A stretch of 64,000 bases of DNA. It comes from Neophaeotheca triangularis (lineage: Eukaryota). Positions 62,629 through 64,000 of this stretch are shown here, piece by piece. Below the pieces are notes generated by a model. It saw nothing but the letters and a program-made list of their open reading frames with translations, ran no database searches and was not told the origin of the DNA. Location: the NCBI GenBank assembly GCA_054600435.1, contig BAAIJX010000009.1:1-64000 (forward strand), read 5' to 3'. The first letter of the stretch is position 1. The number at the start of each line of letters is the position of its first letter. A program made the translations under genes and the position numbers.

Positions 62629-62907
62629 GACATCTTTGCAACGCAATACGTTCAAACAAAATGCTTTGTAAGCTCATCGCTGACCCCTTCGAAGATAGGT
62701 AACCACAAATATACTGCGCTTGCGTTTGCTCGCCTTGCGTGCATGCACGTGCTGTTCGATAGACATGGTTTTTCGGTCCTGAGACCGAAACAACTGAGCA
62801 TTGCCGTTCTTTGTGCTGGCCTCTCCCGAGTTATTGCTAGACAACAGGGAGGTCAGAAGGACACAAGGTTAGTACCCTTCTCTCCCTACATCTACCACGT
62901 TCCCGCT

Positions 62908-63014
62908 GGGATGATGAAAACCTTTTCCACATTCGCAGTTTCCACGCGAGCCGTCGTCTTAGAACCTAAATAGACGGCATCATGGGCGCCAAATCTTCCT
63001 TGGATGTCTGACCT
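62908..63014 (+). ncRNA. U14: U14 (snR128) box C/D snoRNA, intronic
   Basis: Box C ATGATGA 62911. Domain A CATTCGCAGTTTC 62930-62942 (antisense to 18S GAAACUGCGAAUG). Fungal Y-domain hairpin GCCGTC/GACGGC 62950-62978. Domain B CTTCCTTGGATGT 62995-63007, box D CTGA 63008. Confidence 0.96.
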
Positions 63015-64000
63015 ACACCCAGCCAACCTGCATTACACAAACACCGAGACTCATCTGCGAGAGCCTTGCTAATAAATCATGTTGCAGGTACCCCCGTCAA
63101 TCCTCGAATCCTTCGAAGTCGTACCTTCAAGTCGTAGATACCTTCATGTGTCGTGAGCGCGTGTGCCGCGATTGGCTGTTCCTTCAGTTGGGGAGAAGTA
63201 ACAACACAATCTCGCTTTAGAGCCTGATGTTCAAGAGATGGTCGACCTCTCGTCATACGTAGTTGGGAACAATGATAACATATCGTCCTGTACAAGTCCT
63301 TCGTCCCTGTTTTCTCAGTGTTGCTGCGTCTTCGCCAACTCCTCGAGTGAGACGTGCTGGCTGTGCCTAGGTATTGTTCAATCACAATGACACCTCTCGT
63401 GCCTCGAATCTAAAGTCTTACGAAAGCCTCGCTTGAGCAAATACCGTTCAGGCCTTTCACAGGTTGGACTTCGATTCGGACGCGTATTTGCTTGTCGTCA
63501 TGCATGTGACGTATCGATCCAATGTTAGGGTCCGAGTTGGTGAAGCTGAGCGAGATTGACTGGAATACAGCACCTTTCCGGTCAGTCTCGCTCGAACTTA
63601 CTAAAGTGGTTTTCAGATCCAATTGCATTGTCTTGTACTGCACTCCCAGCTTCGCATTTAAATATTCTCAGTGCCTTGTTGCCGCCAGCTCAAGCTCCCG
63701 TTTGTTAAGGTACCCGTGGACGTTTTTGTTCGAAGCGACTAGCTGACATGGCCCCGCATTTGCGCATGTGAAAGTCGATGTCACACTTTCATCGCATCAC
63801 GTACCACCCTCGATGTCCGTCTTTTCCTTTTCCTAGGTTGCGACAAGAACCAAAAATGACCGCGAAGGCACAACCATAACCGATTCAACTAGCAGTCATG
63901 CCTGGCTCATCCCCGCTAAAGGTCAGCTTGCCACAGCTGAGCAGCCACAGTCGCAGAAGCAAGTCTGTCAGCAAACAACAGCTCCTCTTCCAGTCTCTCG

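Larger units (their letters stand above)
62462..63087 (+). ncRNA. Spliced non-coding snoRNA host transcript (intron span shown; ends unknown)
   Basis: Intron A: GTAAGT 62462, GCTGAC 62679, TAG 62698. Intron B: GTTAGT 62868, GCTAAT 63068, CAG 63087. Each encloses one snoRNA and the exons have no convincing ORF. Confidence 0.75.

Noticed and set aside
62779..62791. CTGAGA..CGAAAC resembling a hammerhead ribozyme core
   Set aside because: It lacks the CUGANGA spacing and stem II; a simple hairpin explains it.
63077..63643. Two in-frame minus-strand ORF pieces separated by one TAG
   Set aside because: No ATG start or recognisable motif, and antisense to the likely 3' exon of the snoRNA host.

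Overview
Eukaryotic, intron-containing DNA from a filamentous ascomycete (Pezizomycotina), judged from short GT-AG introns with CTRAC-type branch sites and fungal-type housekeeping genes. The species cannot be read from the sequence. About 21 protein-coding loci are supported: BTN1/CLN3, RXT3-like, agmatinase-family ureohydrolase, MATE transporter, APC permease, DOCK GEF, AidB-like acyl-CoA dehydrogenase, dynactin p150, frataxin, a dual-specificity phosphatase, RPS8, DPH3, an ACT/DUF2241 protein, a Zn-alcohol dehydrogenase, a stop-interrupted orphan ORF, a DUF1989 protein, APP1-like phosphatase, a flavin monooxygenase, a SIF2/TBL1-like protein, TMEM115-like and MFG1/PtaB. Near the right end, a non-coding host transcript carries U14 and a probable snR190 box C/D snoRNA in its introns; the ORF track does not show these. 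The most unusual signals are at RNA or translation level: a candidate CUG-initiated 115-aa basic N-terminal extension of APP1; a 285-nt fully open MFG1 intron whose acceptor TAG doubles as a stop codon; a 5-nt micro-exon in the monooxygenase; and an MQPP* uORF on the MATE gene inside an agmatinase/MATE/permease trio. No transposon, CRISPR, tRNA or rRNA was recognised. All family calls come from motif recognition by eye, not database searches.
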